Shown: positions 38,976 through 49,498 of the stretch, piece by piece
Layout of the letters: each line of letters starts with the position of its first letter
Numbering within the stretch: position 1 is the first letter of the stretch
Origin: Bianquea renquensis
GTDB lineage: Bacteria > Bacillota > Clostridia > Lachnospirales > Bianqueaceae
Reading direction: 5' to 3'
Assembly (NCBI RefSeq): GCF_014384895.1
Contig: NZ_JACRSQ010000001.1
Coordinates: forward strand, 99,493-163,492
Length of the DNA stretch: 64,000 bases
The notes under the pieces: model-generated
Database searches by the model: none
What the model was told of the DNA's origin: nothing
What the model saw: only the letters and a program-made list of their open reading frames with translations
Position numbers and translations under genes: made by a program

Positions 38976-39674
38976 ATGAATACAATCTATTTTTTACCCC
39001 TGTCTGACTCGGAAGAAAATAATTCGCTGCATCAACTTTTGCCTTTTGTATCGGAGAAGAAGCAAGAAAAAATTAAGCGATTTCGGTTCGATATCGATCG
39101 AAAGCTTAGCCTATACTCAGAGCTGATGGTGCGAGTGATCGCAAGCCAGACTCTCAAGATTCCAAATCGAGAGATCGTTTTTGGGAGCGGGGAGTGGGGA
39201 AAACCGAAAATTGAGGGCCATCCTGAATTTCACTATAACATTTCTCACACTCGGAACGCCGTGATGGTAGCGATCGCAGACGGTTCTGTCGGCGCGGATA
39301 TTGAGAAGATAAAGGAAGCGGAATACGGGATTGCCAAACGTTTTTTTACGGCGCGGGAACAGGAGTATATAGTAGAATCAGACGAGGGCGCGGCAGAGCG
39401 GTTTTATGAGGTTTGGACAAGAAAGGAGGCGTACTGTAAATACCTTGGGAAAGGCTTATCGCTGCCCCTTAATACTTTTGATGTAACCGGCCCCCTGCTT
39501 TGCGCATCGATTGTAACAGGGAATTGGGGCGAGTACATCTGGTCCGTCTGTGCGCGGCAGCCCGATATGCATTTTGCAGTCCAGGAATGGACGCAAGGTC
39601 AGGTGGAGCGCATGGCATTGTCTTCCCTGAGGAAATATGAGCTAAAAAACATGACGTTTCGCGAAAATGATTGA
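38976..39674 (+). CDS. 4'-phosphopantetheinyl transferase, Sfp type
   Basis: ..GEWGKPKIEG..EFHYNISHT.. and ..W.RKEAY.K..GKG.. are the Sfp/PPTase family motifs. Confidence 0.7.
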   Translation: MNTIYFLPLSDSEENNSLHQLLPFVSEKKQEKIKRFRFDIDRKLSLYSELMVRVIASQTLKIPNREIVFGSGEWGKPKIEGHPEFHYNISHTRNAVMVAIADGSVGADIEKIKEAEYGIAKRFFTAREQEYIVESDEGAAERFYEVWTRKEAYCKYLGKGLSLPLNTFDVTGPLLCASIVTGNWGEYIWSVCARQPDMHFAVQEWTQGQVERMALSSLRKYELKNMTFREND

Positions 39675-39729
39675 CAAACGGCAAAAGCCTATGTATAATA
39701 GGGAGAGTGACTAAAAAGGGAGGATAACC

Positions 39730-40248
39730 ATGTTACAGGTGAACGTGCGCAGCCTGCTGCTCGATCCCCGGACCGTCATGGAGGTACAAGCCTCTGAGGA
39801 GAAGGAACCCATCACCATCGGCGGTGAGATCATTCGGTTTACCGAGCCGTGGGATGTGAGGGGAACCCTCGCCAATGTGGGAGGCGCGGTCATTGAGTTC
39901 GACGCGGCGGTCGACACGGAAGTTCATATGACCTGCAGCCGGTGCATGAAGGATGTACGCCTTCCCTTGCATATTACAGTCAGACAGCGCTTTGCGCCCG
40001 AACAGAATCCAGATGGAAATCCGGCGGAGCCGGAGGATGACGTGATGCGGTTTCACGGATATCGGATCGATCTCCAGGAGACCATCGCCGAGGAAGTGCA
40101 GCTCGCCATTCCCATGAAGGTTTTGTGCCGGGAGGACTGCAAGGGGTTGTGCCCGTCCTGCGGCAAAGATTTGAACGAGGGGCCTTGTGGCTGCCACCAT
40201 GAGGAGACGGATCCCCGCTGGGACGCTTTGAAAGGCTTATTGCATTAG
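39730..40248 (+). CDS. yceD: YceD/DUF177-family protein (ribosomal large-subunit accumulation protein)
   Basis: Two CxxC pairs (CSRCMKD..., CKGLCPSCG...CGC) and its position directly upstream of rpmF. Confidence 0.75.
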   Translation: MLQVNVRSLLLDPRTVMEVQASEEKEPITIGGEIIRFTEPWDVRGTLANVGGAVIEFDAAVDTEVHMTCSRCMKDVRLPLHITVRQRFAPEQNPDGNPAEPEDDVMRFHGYRIDLQETIAEEVQLAIPMKVLCREDCKGLCPSCGKDLNEGPCGCHHEETDPRWDALKGLLH

Positions 40249-40301
40249 AGAGCCGATGACCGTCAGGTCAAGGAATCAATAGGAGCAGGAGGTGTAACAT
40301 C

Positions 40302-40490
40302 ATGGGTGCTATCGGACCAAAGAACAGAACGTCCAAGGCAAGACGAAATAAAAGAAAAGCCAATTGGAAATTGACCGCTCCCAGTCTGGCCAAGTGCAGC
40401 AAGTGTGGTGCTTTGATCATGCCACACAGAGTCTGCAAGGAATGCGGCACATATAACAAGAGACAGGTAGTGAAAGTCGAGGAAGAGTAG
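40302..40490 (+). CDS. rpmF: 50S ribosomal protein L32
   Basis: ..RTSKARRNKRK..W...AP.L..CSKCGA...PHRVCKECGTY.. is the L32 zinc-ribbon pattern. Confidence 0.85.
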   Translation: MGAIGPKNRTSKARRNKRKANWKLTAPSLAKCSKCGALIMPHRVCKECGTYNKRQVVKVEEE

Positions 40491-40511
40491 TCATAGGGCT
40501 ACTCTTTTTTC
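40484..40511 (+). terminator. Rho-independent terminator after rpmF
   Basis: AGAGTAG/CTACTCT stem followed by TTTTTT. Confidence 0.65.
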
Positions 40512-40520
40512 ATACCGCAG

Positions 40521-40588
40521 GGAAAGTCCGCCGCGAGGCGGGCACAGATCCCAAGTTTGCGAAGCGAAGTTTTTATAGATTTCCTATG
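40521..40588. repeat. Copy of the dispersed two-hairpin intergenic repeat (GGAAAGTCCGCCGCGAGGCGGG ... AAGTTTGCGAAGCGAAGTT ... CCTATGG)
   Basis: Collinear with the 81-bp units at 58329-58652 and with the copy at 12929-12982. Confidence 0.55.
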
Positions 40589-40679
40589 GCGCGTGGACGA
40601 GACGATGGCAGATGGGGAAAATTGCCAAGAAATCCCACAGCGGCATCCAAGATTTCTACCACATCCGAAACCCAATGGG

Positions 40680-40708
40680 TTGACAAAAGAGGAAAGATTC
40701 GGTATAAT
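40680..40708 (+). promoter_or_regulatory. Consensus sigma-A promoter for the his operon
   Basis: TTGACA (40680-85), an exact 17-nt spacer, then TATAAT (40703-08), about 55 nt upstream of hisZ. Confidence 0.6.
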
Positions 40709-40763
40709 AAGGTCAGTTTAGCGATTTACTATGATAAAGTGATAAAATGAAAGGGGCCCAGGC

Positions 40764-42050
40764 ATGAAGGACTTGATCTATACACCCTATGGATTTCGGG
40801 ATTATTTATTTGAAGACAGTCAACAGCGGATGGAAGTGCGTGGCCGCATCCACGCTGTTTTTGAGCGCTATGGATACCGCGATATTCAGACGCCGGTGGT
40901 GGAGTACTTAGAGGTTTTTGACAAGGAGCGCGGCAGTATCTCTCCGCTGGACATGTATAAATTTGTTGACCGCGATGGGGAGATGCTAGCCCTTCGGCCG
41001 GATATGACGCCGGCGCTGGCGCGGTTGGCATCGCTGTACTTTCAGGACGAGGATCTGCCATGCCGGGTGACCGCCACAGGCAGCACATTCCGGTACAACA
41101 GCCGCTATTCGGCTAAGCAGCGGGAGTTATCCCAGACAGGAATCGAGTTTTTTGGCGATGAGAGCTTTTACAGCGACGCAGAGGTTCTGGCGGTGGCGAT
41201 CGAGGCCCTGAAGGCCACGGGCCTGACTGATTTTAAGATCGCTGTAGGCCACGCGCGCATCACAGCCACGGTTTTAGAGCTCCTCCGTGGAACAGACCAG
41301 GAGCGGCAGGAATTGGTTTCCTGCCTGCACAGCAAGAACTTTGCCGCTATGGAGCAGAAGGTGGAGGAGATGGCGCTATCTCGGCCGCTGAGGGAATTGA
41401 TGGAGATTTTAGCGGATTCCGGCGATATCCAGCTGATTCACCGTGGCCGCGTGCTGTGTGAGACAGAGGGAGAGGCAGAGTTGGCGTCGTATTTTACCAG
41501 ACTGGAAGAAGTCCATCAGCTGCTCAGCGCCTATGGACTTGACGCCTATCTCGTGTACGATCTGAGCATGACAGCGGAACTGGGGTATTATACGGGTATC
41601 GTATTTAAGGGGTATGCCTATGGCAGCGGCGATTACATCGTCGATGGCGGGCGATATGATGACTTATTGAAGCAGTTTCAAAAGGATTGGCCGGCTGTAG
41701 GCTTTGGCATCTACCAGGACAGTCTGATGACAGCGCTAAAGAAGCAGGAAGTTGTGCTCCCGAGGCCCAATTTTTTGCTGGCCGCCTGCGACAGGGCGGG
41801 GGCAGCGCAGATGATCCCGTGGATTCAGCGGTGGAGAGAGAGGGGAATCCGAATCCTTTTCAAACCCTGTGTCAAGACCTTGGATCATGTCGCGTCCTAC
41901 GGGAGGAACCACCAATGCTCCCGCGGATTATTTTTTAAGGACGGCCTGTTGATAGGGATGGACTTAGACACTGAGAGGGAAATGGAATTCGAAAGCTTTG
42001 CGGCGGCACAGGATTTTGTGTCCGCCATGGGGGAGGGAGAGACGAGATGA
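40764..42050 (+). CDS. hisZ: ATP phosphoribosyltransferase regulatory subunit (HisRS paralogue)
   Basis: HisRS-like class II core without an anticodon-binding domain, positioned upstream of hisG. Confidence 0.85.
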   Translation: MKDLIYTPYGFRDYLFEDSQQRMEVRGRIHAVFERYGYRDIQTPVVEYLEVFDKERGSISPLDMYKFVDRDGEMLALRPDMTPALARLASLYFQDEDLPCRVTATGSTFRYNSRYSAKQRELSQTGIEFFGDESFYSDAEVLAVAIEALKATGLTDFKIAVGHARITATVLELLRGTDQERQELVSCLHSKNFAAMEQKVEEMALSRPLRELMEILADSGDIQLIHRGRVLCETEGEAELASYFTRLEEVHQLLSAYGLDAYLVYDLSMTAELGYYTGIVFKGYAYGSGDYIVDGGRYDDLLKQFQKDWPAVGFGIYQDSLMTALKKQEVVLPRPNFLLAACDRAGAAQMIPWIQRWRERGIRILFKPCVKTLDHVASYGRNHQCSRGLFFKDGLLIGMDLDTEREMEFESFAAAQDFVSAMGEGETR

Positions 42051-42703
42051 AATATTTGACCTTTGCCCTGACGAAAGGGCGGCTTGCCAACAAGACCCTG
42101 GAGCTTTTAGAGCAGGTTGGAATTCGCTGTGAGGAAATGTACACGGATACGAGAAAGCTAGTGTTTACGGACGAGCAGATGGGCGTCAAGTTCTTTTTGG
42201 CGAAGGCGACCGACGTCCCCACATATGTGGAGTACGGGGCCGCCGACATCGGCGTGGTGGGCAAGGATGTGCTGATGGAGGAAAAGAAAGACCTGTTTGA
42301 AGTGCTAGATCTTGGATTTGGCCGGTGCCGCATGGCAGTAGCCGGATTTCCCTCCGGCAGAGAACTGTTGGATATGCGCGGCGACTTCAAGGTGGCGACA
42401 AAATACCCGGAGATCGCCAGACACTACTTTTTGACAAGGCATCAACAGCCGGAGATATTAAAGCTCAACGGGTCCATTGAATTGGCCCCGATTGTCGGGC
42501 TGTCGGATGTGATCGTCGATATTGTGGAGACCGGAAGCACCTTAAAGGAAAATGGATTGATGGTTCTGGACGAGATCTGTCCCATATCCGCCCGCATGGT
42601 TGTCAATAAAGCCAGCATGAAGATTGAGCTGGAGCGGATTCAGAAGTTGACCCGGGCGGTGAGCACGATTTTAAAGCAAAAAGAAAGGGAGACGAGGGCA
42701 TGA
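42047..42703 (+). CDS. hisG: ATP phosphoribosyltransferase (short form)
   Basis: MKYLTFALTKGRL......LL...GI.. and the ..DIVETGSTLKENGL.. signature. Confidence 0.9.
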   Translation: MKYLTFALTKGRLANKTLELLEQVGIRCEEMYTDTRKLVFTDEQMGVKFFLAKATDVPTYVEYGAADIGVVGKDVLMEEKKDLFEVLDLGFGRCRMAVAGFPSGRELLDMRGDFKVATKYPEIARHYFLTRHQQPEILKLNGSIELAPIVGLSDVIVDIVETGSTLKENGLMVLDEICPISARMVVNKASMKIELERIQKLTRAVSTILKQKERETRA

Positions 42704-43986
42704 TTCGCATTGTAGAGTATACGGGAGATGCCAACATTCTAAAACGGCTGGAGATCCCCCAGGAAGACTATGACCGTGTGGTCAAGGACATCGTCGAGGC
42801 GGTGCGGGAGAGAAAAGACGAGGCGGTGCGGGAGTATACGGCGAAATTTGACAAGGTGGAGATCACGGATTTCCTAGTGACAGAGGACGAGATGGAGGAA
42901 GGTTGTCAGTTGGCCGGAGAGTCTTTCATCGAGATACTGGAGAAGGCGAAAACGAGAATTGAGACATATCATGTCACCCAGAAGCGGCAAAGCCAGATCA
43001 TGACGGAAGAATCAGGTAGCCTCCTTGGACAGCTGGTCATTCCGCTGCAAAGAGCCGGGGTGTATGTGCCAGGTGGGAAGGCGCTGTATCCATCATCTGT
43101 GTTGATGAATGTCTTGCCGGCCAAAGTGGCGGGGGTCGGGGAGATCATCATGGTTACGCCCCCAAATCGGGAAGGAAAGGTGGATCCGCGGGTTTTGGCC
43201 GCCGCAAAGGTGTGCGGAGTTCAAAAGGTCTATAAGGTTGGAGGCGCCCAGGCCATCGCCGCCATGGCATATGGGACGGAGAGCATCCCCCGGGTTGACA
43301 AGATCGTAGGACCTGGGAACATCTTTGTGGCAACGGCCAAAAAGCTTGTCTATGGTCAGGTGAGCGTGGATTCTTTTGCAGGCCCCAGCGAAATTCTCAT
43401 TCTGGCGGATCAAAGTGCAAATCCAGCCTACGTGGCGGCGGATATGGTATCCCAGGCGGAGCACGATGAGATGGCTGGCTCCATTCTCATCACGGACTCT
43501 CGGGAGCTGGCGGAGCAGGTTCAAGAGCAGCTGGCGATTCAGACGGCCGCCGCGCCGCGCCGGAATGTCATCGAAGCGTCTCTGAGGAATCGCGGTATGA
43601 TTCTGCTTGTCAAAAATCTGGAAGAAGGGATTGAGATGGCCAACGCGTATGCCCCGGAGCATATGGAAATCTGTACCGTTGAGCCTATGAGCTTCGTATC
43701 CCGAATCCGCTGTGCCGGCGCTATCTTTGTAGGACAGTATAGCCCAGAACCATTGGGAGACTATATGGCGGGACCTAATCATGTTCTGCCCACCGGAGGA
43801 AGCGCGCGGTTTTTCTCCCCCCTTGGCGTGGACGATTTTATCAAGAAGACGAGCCTTATCTACATGACCAAAGACGGGATGATGGAACTGGCAGAGGATG
43901 TCATCGCCTTTGCGGAGGCAGAAAAGCTGTATGCACACGGACAAGCGGTTCGGCTCCGGTATTTGGACGAAAGGAATGGGCAGTGA
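42700..43986 (+). CDS. hisD: Histidinol dehydrogenase
   Basis: 428 aa with ..[28 protein letters not shown].. HisD signatures. Confidence 0.9.
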   Translation: MIRIVEYTGDANILKRLEIPQEDYDRVVKDIVEAVRERKDEAVREYTAKFDKVEITDFLVTEDEMEEGCQLAGESFIEILEKAKTRIETYHVTQKRQSQIMTEESGSLLGQLVIPLQRAGVYVPGGKALYPSSVLMNVLPAKVAGVGEIIMVTPPNREGKVDPRVLAAAKVCGVQKVYKVGGAQAIAAMAYGTESIPRVDKIVGPGNIFVATAKKLVYGQVSVDSFAGPSEILILADQSANPAYVAADMVSQAEHDEMAGSILITDSRELAEQVQEQLAIQTAAAPRRNVIEASLRNRGMILLVKNLEEGIEMANAYAPEHMEICTVEPMSFVSRIRCAGAIFVGQYSPEPLGDYMAGPNHVLPTGGSARFFSPLGVDDFIKKTSLIYMTKDGMMELAEDVIAFAEAEKLYAHGQAVRLRYLDERNGQ

Positions 43987-45059
43987 TGGATATACGAACG
44001 TTTATACGCAAGGATCTCCGCGATATGGTCAACTACCAGGTGCAGCCTGTAAGGGGAATCAAGATGGACGCCAATGAGAGTCCCTTTCCCATGAGCCGGG
44101 AGCTGCGCGGGGAGATTGCAAAGTGGATCCAGGAGGAGGAGACCCTTCGGTTTTACCCTGATACGGATTGCGTCGAGCTTCGCCGGACCATCGCTGAGAC
44201 AAGCGGTCTATCCGCGGACCAGGTCCTGTGCGGAGTGGGATCCGACCAGATTATTGATTTCCTCATGAAGACCTTCCTGGAAGAGGGCGACACCATCCTC
44301 GTGCCAGAGCCGTCCTTCTCCATGTATGCTCTCAGCGCCAAAATCAATCACGGGAAAGCGGTGGCCTTTGACTTGAATGCAGAGGATTTTTCCTACCCCA
44401 TTGATACGATCCTCCAGCTGTGCCGGGAGCGAAAGCCCAAAATTCTCTTCCTCTGTACGCCGAACAATCCCACTGGCAGTCCGCTGGAGCGCTGTGAGCT
44501 GGAGAGAATTTTGGAGGGCGTATCGTGCATAGTAGCCCTGGATGAGGCCTACGGTGAATTTTCTGGTCAGAACGATCTTGACCTGATTGAGACCTATCCC
44601 AATCTGGTCTCCCTCAGAACCTTCTCCAAGGCTTTTGGGCTCGCGGGACTCCGCGTGGGATATGCGCTGGGGAGCCGGGAGATGATTCAGGCGCTGGACA
44701 CAGTGAAGGCCCCGTACAATTTGAGTACCATCGCCCAGATCACCGCGGCGAAGGTGCTTCGCCGGCCAGAGTACAAGGAGCACATCGCCTGGATTTTGAG
44801 AGAGCGGGACCGGATGTATGAGCAGCTACGTCAGCTGGAGGGCAAGCAGGGATTTTACTGTTATCCCTCCAGCGCCAATTACTTTTTCATGCGCTCCAAT
44901 GTGGAAAATCTAGGGGCTTTGCTGTTGGAGCGAGGGCTTCTGGTGAGGGCCTACACTGGATCGCTGAAGTCCTATATTCGCGCATCCATCACGACGCAGG
45001 AGGGCAACGACCTGTTCCTGGCGTCGCTGTGGGAAATCTTGGAGGGAATTGAATCATGA
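43983..45059 (+). CDS. hisC: Histidinol-phosphate aminotransferase
   Basis: PLP-dependent class-II aminotransferase with Lys in ..TFSKAFGLAGLRVGY... Confidence 0.9.
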   Translation: MMDIRTFIRKDLRDMVNYQVQPVRGIKMDANESPFPMSRELRGEIAKWIQEEETLRFYPDTDCVELRRTIAETSGLSADQVLCGVGSDQIIDFLMKTFLEEGDTILVPEPSFSMYALSAKINHGKAVAFDLNAEDFSYPIDTILQLCRERKPKILFLCTPNNPTGSPLERCELERILEGVSCIVALDEAYGEFSGQNDLDLIETYPNLVSLRTFSKAFGLAGLRVGYALGSREMIQALDTVKAPYNLSTIAQITAAKVLRRPEYKEHIAWILRERDRMYEQLRQLEGKQGFYCYPSSANYFFMRSNVENLGALLLERGLLVRAYTGSLKSYIRASITTQEGNDLFLASLWEILEGIES

Positions 45060-45640
45060 GAAAAGCGACAGTGCAGAGAAAAACCAACGAGACGGATATC
45101 ACGGTGGATCTTGAGTTAGATGGAAGAGGGGATTCCAATATCCAGACAGGAATCGGCTTTTTGGATCACATGTTGACTCTCTTTGCAAGACATGGCTTCT
45201 TTGATCTGCATGTGTGGGCAAAGGGCGACCTGGATGTAGACTGTCACCATACGGTGGAGGACGTGGGAATCGCCATAGGACAGGCTCTCAGGGAAGCGCT
45301 GGGAGGAAAAGAGGGGATTCGCCGGTATGGCACCATGACACTCCCCATGGATGAGACCTTGATGCTCTGTGCGCTGGACTTATCCGGGAGGCCGTACCTC
45401 AATATGGATGTAACGTTTACAGTGCCGCGGCTTGGCGCCCTGGACACGGAGATGGTGGAAGAGTTTTTCTACGCCGTGGCGGTTAACGCCGGTATGAATC
45501 TCCATTTTAAGCAGATGGCCGGGACAAACAATCACCATCTGGCGGAGAGCATGTTTAAGGCCTTCGGACAGGCGCTGGATCAGGCGGTTGGAATGGACGA
45601 GAGGATTCAAGGGGTTCGCTCGTCAAAAGGGACTTTATAG
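45056..45640 (+). CDS. hisB: Imidazoleglycerol-phosphate dehydratase
   Basis: ..RKTNETDI.V.L.LDG.G....TGIGFLDHML.. and the duplicated HxxE motifs. Confidence 0.9.
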   Translation: MRKATVQRKTNETDITVDLELDGRGDSNIQTGIGFLDHMLTLFARHGFFDLHVWAKGDLDVDCHHTVEDVGIAIGQALREALGGKEGIRRYGTMTLPMDETLMLCALDLSGRPYLNMDVTFTVPRLGALDTEMVEEFFYAVAVNAGMNLHFKQMAGTNNHHLAESMFKAFGQALDQAVGMDERIQGVRSSKGTL

Positions 45641-45650
45641 GAGGCGGCCC

Positions 45651-46382
45651 ATGATATTATATCCAGCAATCGATATGAAGGACGGACAGTGCGTCCGCCT
45701 ACAGCAAGGACGATTTGATAAGGTTACCGTTTACGAGTCAGACCCCGCGAAGATGGCGCGAAAATGGGAAAGCCTGGGCGCCTCCTGGGTTCATGTGGTG
45801 GATTTGGATGGCGCCTTGAAAGGAAAAGGCGTCAATACAGAGGCGCTGCGCGCAGTAACGCAAGCAGTGTCGATTCCGGTCCAGACCGGAGGCGGCATCC
45901 GCAGTCTTGACCACATTGAGGAAAAGCTGGCGGCTGGTGTTCGCAGGGTGATTATCGGCACGGCGGCGGTCAAGGATCCAGCCTTTTTGAAGGCGGCGTT
46001 AGCGGAGTATGGCCCGGAGCGAATCGTGGTGGGAATCGATGCAAAGGATGGCATGGTTGCGCTGGAGGGCTGGGAGGAGGTCAGCGGGACAAGGTCGGCT
46101 GATTTAGGCCGGGCTATGAAAGATTTAGGCGTCACCACCGTGGTCTATACGGATATCAGCAGGGACGGAATGCTGTGCGGCCCGAATGTCCAGGCGACTA
46201 GCGCGCTCATGCGAGAGACCGGCCTCACCGTTATCGCGTCCGGTGGCGTGTCCTCCATGGACGATCTGGCGTCGCTGTACGAAGCCGGCATACCCGGCGT
46301 CATCACGGGAAAGGCGTTATACGAAGGCAGAATCCAGCTTGAGAAGGCGATTCTGCGGTTTGAGAAAGGGGAATCGGCATGA
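45651..46382 (+). CDS. hisA: ProFAR isomerase (HisA)
   Basis: MILYPAIDMKDGQCVRL.QG.. N-terminus and a (beta/alpha)8 fold. Start ATG 45651 follows RBS AGGAGG. Confidence 0.9.
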   Translation: MILYPAIDMKDGQCVRLQQGRFDKVTVYESDPAKMARKWESLGASWVHVVDLDGALKGKGVNTEALRAVTQAVSIPVQTGGGIRSLDHIEEKLAAGVRRVIIGTAAVKDPAFLKAALAEYGPERIVVGIDAKDGMVALEGWEEVSGTRSADLGRAMKDLGVTTVVYTDISRDGMLCGPNVQATSALMRETGLTVIASGGVSSMDDLASLYEAGIPGVITGKALYEGRIQLEKAILRFEKGESA

Positions 46383-47002
46383 TCGCAGTCGTAGATTACC
46401 GGGCGGGAAATGGCCCCAGTGTATTGAATGCGTTGGAAACCATCCAGGCTTCTTGCAAGATGGCAAAGTCTGCGGAGGACTTCGACGGCGCGACGGCCAT
46501 TATTTTGCCGGGTGTAGGGTCCGCCGACGCAACCATCGCGTCGTTGAAGGAGCAAGGCCTTTTGGAGGCAATCGAGGAGAAAGTATTGCGGGATAAGATT
46601 CCATTTCTTGGAATCTGTGTTGGCCTTCAGATCCTCTTTGATCACAGCGAGGAGGGGGATACCCCCTGCCTGGGTTGGCTTAAAGGACAGGTCAAGCGCT
46701 TTCCAGAGACGGTCCGCGTACCGCAGATCGGCTGGAACCGTGTGCAGTACAGGAAGCCGCATCCGCTGACACAGGGCTTAGGGGATGGGGATTATTTCTA
46801 TTTTGTCAACTCCTATTATGTGATTCCGGAGGAAGACGATGTGATCCTCGGCACAACGGAGTATGGGCAACCCTTTTGTTCCTTTGTCGCCAAGGGCAAT
46901 ATCATGGCGTCCCAGTTTCACATGGAAAAGAGTGGGGAAGGCGGCCTTCGGCTGCTTCGGAATTTTGTCCGTATTGCGGAGGAGGGGATCGAGCTATGCT
47001 GA
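46379..47002 (+). CDS. hisH: Imidazole glycerol phosphate synthase, glutaminase subunit
   Basis: MIAVVDY.AGN..SV..AL.. with catalytic Cys in GICVGLQ. Confidence 0.9.
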   Translation: MIAVVDYRAGNGPSVLNALETIQASCKMAKSAEDFDGATAIILPGVGSADATIASLKEQGLLEAIEEKVLRDKIPFLGICVGLQILFDHSEEGDTPCLGWLKGQVKRFPETVRVPQIGWNRVQYRKPHPLTQGLGDGDYFYFVNSYYVIPEEDDVILGTTEYGQPFCSFVAKGNIMASQFHMEKSGEGGLRLLRNFVRIAEEGIELC

Positions 47003-47811
47003 CGAAACGATTGATTGCATGTTTTGACGTGCGCAATAAAATGGTGACGAAGGCCCACCAGTTTCAGGACAATATTGACATCGCGCCGGCGGAAGAAGTC
47101 GCCAGAGCCATCTATCAGGAGCAGGTGGACGAGATTATTTTCTATGATATCCTCGCCAGTGCAGAGAAGCGGCCCATCGATCTGGATATGGTTCGAAAAG
47201 TTGCAAGGGAAGTCTTCGTCCCCTTCACTGTCGGGGGCGGTATCCGCAGCCTGGAGGATATGTTTCAGGTATTAAAGGCGGGCGCGGAGAAAATCAGCAT
47301 TGATTCCATGGCGGTCCGCAATCCCCAGATTATTCAGCAAGGGGCGAAGGCCTTTGGCCGGCAGTGTATGGTTCTGAGTATGCAGGTTAAGCGCGTGGCG
47401 AGATCGGAGACGATCCCCAGCGGCTATGAGATTGCCATCGACGGCGCGCGAGTCTTTACAGGCATGGACGCTGTGGAGTGGGCGAGACAGGGGGAGGCTC
47501 TGGGAGCCGGCGAGATCTGCGTCAATTCCATCGACAACGATGGGACGCACCAGGGGTATGATCTGGAGATCACGAAGCTTGTTTCCGACGCTGTGAACGT
47601 TCCTGTCATCGCATCCGGCGGAGCCGGTGTGCCAAGCCACCTGACGGATGTTTTTACTAAAACGGGTGCCAGCGCGGGAATCATCAGTTCAATGCTGTAT
47701 TCTCCCAGAATTGCCCGCAATTACACAGTTCAAGAGATTAAGGATGAGCTGCTGGCCAGCGGGATCCCCATGCGGCCCTACAGGGACTATGGAAAGGAAG
47801 TGGAAGCGTGA
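46996..47811 (+). CDS. hisF: Imidazole glycerol phosphate synthase, cyclase subunit
   Basis: MLTKRLIACFDV....V.KA.QF.. HisF N-terminus. Start ATG 46996 follows RBS GGAGGGG. Confidence 0.9.
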   Translation: MLTKRLIACFDVRNKMVTKAHQFQDNIDIAPAEEVARAIYQEQVDEIIFYDILASAEKRPIDLDMVRKVAREVFVPFTVGGGIRSLEDMFQVLKAGAEKISIDSMAVRNPQIIQQGAKAFGRQCMVLSMQVKRVARSETIPSGYEIAIDGARVFTGMDAVEWARQGEALGAGEICVNSIDNDGTHQGYDLEITKLVSDAVNVPVIASGGAGVPSHLTDVFTKTGASAGIISSMLYSPRIARNYTVQEIKDELLASGIPMRPYRDYGKEVEA

Positions 47812-48131
47812 TCCCCTTTCAAGAGCTAAAGCTGCTGGAGAATGGTTTAATCCCCGTCATCGTGCAGGCCCATGATACAAAAGCGGTTCTGATGCAGGCT
47901 TATATGAATCAGGAGGCCTATGAAAAGACCATGGAAACAGGCAGGATGCACTACTACAGCCGCAGCCGTGGCTGCCTGTGGCTTAAGGGGGAAACCTCCG
48001 GCCATTTCCAGGATGTGGAGGCGCTGTACGCGGATTGCGACTTGGACTGTATTCTCGCGGTGGTGCGGCAGACAGGACCTGCCTGCCATACCGGCAGTTA
48101 CAGCTGCTTTTTCAATCGGATTACCGAGTAA
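47808..48131 (+). CDS. hisI: Phosphoribosyl-AMP cyclohydrolase
   Basis: ..GLIPVIVQ.....VLM.AYMN.EA...T...G..HY.SRSR..LW.KGETSG.. HisI signature; GTG start. Confidence 0.85.
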   Translation: MIPFQELKLLENGLIPVIVQAHDTKAVLMQAYMNQEAYEKTMETGRMHYYSRSRGCLWLKGETSGHFQDVEALYADCDLDCILAVVRQTGPACHTGSYSCFFNRITE

Positions 48132-48199
48132 AACAACGTTGCAACAGATTCTATCCTGTGCTATAATACACAGAGATCATACGGAGGAGGCAAATTTAA

Positions 48200-48490
48200 G
48201 TGGAACAAAAAGATATTTTACAGAGAATATATGACATTGTCGTGGACCGCAGGGAAAACCCCAAAGAGGGTTCCTACACCAATTATCTGTTTGATAAGGG
48301 AATCGATAAGATATTGAAGAAAGTTGGGGAGGAGACGGCGGAAGTCATCATTGGAGCGAAGAATCCCGGAAAAGACGAGGTGGTCTACGAAATCTCCGAC
48401 CTCCTATATCATCTGACAGTTCTCATGGTGGAAAAGGGCGTGGTCTGGGAGGATTTATACCAGGAGTTGGAGAGCCGGTATAAGAAGTAA
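48200..48490 (+). CDS. hisE: Phosphoribosyl-ATP pyrophosphatase
   Basis: ..SYT..L...G.DKI.KKVGEE..E.II.AKN.. and ..E.SDLLYH..VL.. MazG-like HisE; GTG start. Confidence 0.85.
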   Translation: MEQKDILQRIYDIVVDRRENPKEGSYTNYLFDKGIDKILKKVGEETAEVIIGAKNPGKDEVVYEISDLLYHLTVLMVEKGVVWEDLYQELESRYKK

Positions 48491-48565
48491 GAGAACCAAC
48501 ATAGCAGAAGGATGGCAGCATAGTAGGGTGTGAAAGTGTTTTCGTAGCATGGAGGTAAAGTCAAT

Positions 48566-49498
48566 ATGAAAGATAGACAGGCATTGCCCGCGCTTTTACA
48601 GGGAAGAACGGTGATCGTGGGTCTGGGACTCATGGGCGCCTCCCTGGCAAAGGGGATCAAGGATTTATCCGCCGCCGCCTTCGTGGCGGGACTTGACCGA
48701 AAGGAACAGCCCATTTTTCGCGGCCTTGAGGAAAAGGTCCTCGATCAAGGGGCTGTTTTGTCCACTCAGGAGGACTCTGTTCGCTCCCTGATTCAGGAGG
48801 CGACGCTCATTATTTTATCCATGTACCCCGATGGGATTCTGGACTTTGTCTCGCGCTACCGGGAGACCTTCTCGGAGGGGACAGTTCTCATGGATATCTG
48901 TGGACTGAAAGGATTCTTCCTGGAGGAGGCGCAGCGCATCCTGCCGGAGGGGGTGGAGTTTGTGGGAACTCACCCCATGGCGGGGAAGGAAAAGAGCGGA
49001 TATGAGTATGGCAACGGGGAGATTTTTCTGGGCGCCAATTTTGTCATCACGCCGACCCTGCACAACAGGAGAGAGACTCTCGATCAGGTCCGCGCCATGG
49101 CGCGAGAGCTGGGTTTTGGGCGGATTCGAGAGGTGGAACCAAGGGAGCATGACGAGGTCATAGCCTACACCAGCCACATGCCCCATGCGTTGGCGGCAGC
49201 CCTGGTCAATTCCTGGTTGGGAACGGAGGATGTCATCTCCTTTGCCGGAGGGAGTTTTCGGGATGTGACGCGGGTTGCGGATATCAACAGCGCTCTGTGG
49301 GCACAGCTATTTTGTTATAACTCGCAGGCTCTCAGCGGTGAACTGCGACGGTTCTCCGAGATTTTGGATGAGCTGGCGCAGATGGTGGAGCAGAAGGACC
49401 GGCCACAGATCGAAGCATTTCTCACGCAGGCGGCGGAAAGGAAAGAACGATGGAACAGGGAAGGAGATCGCTATGATGATGGATCGCGTACACGTTGA
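48566..49498 (+). CDS. tyrA: Prephenate dehydrogenase
   Basis: Rossmann ..VIVGLGLMGASLAKG.. and a PDH domain (..GTHPMAGKEKSG..). It overlaps the aroA start. Confidence 0.85.
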   Translation: MKDRQALPALLQGRTVIVGLGLMGASLAKGIKDLSAAAFVAGLDRKEQPIFRGLEEKVLDQGAVLSTQEDSVRSLIQEATLIILSMYPDGILDFVSRYRETFSEGTVLMDICGLKGFFLEEAQRILPEGVEFVGTHPMAGKEKSGYEYGNGEIFLGANFVITPTLHNRRETLDQVRAMARELGFGRIREVEPREHDEVIAYTSHMPHALAAALVNSWLGTEDVISFAGGSFRDVTRVADINSALWAQLFCYNSQALSGELRRFSEILDELAQMVEQKDRPQIEAFLTQAAERKERWNREGDRYDDGSRTR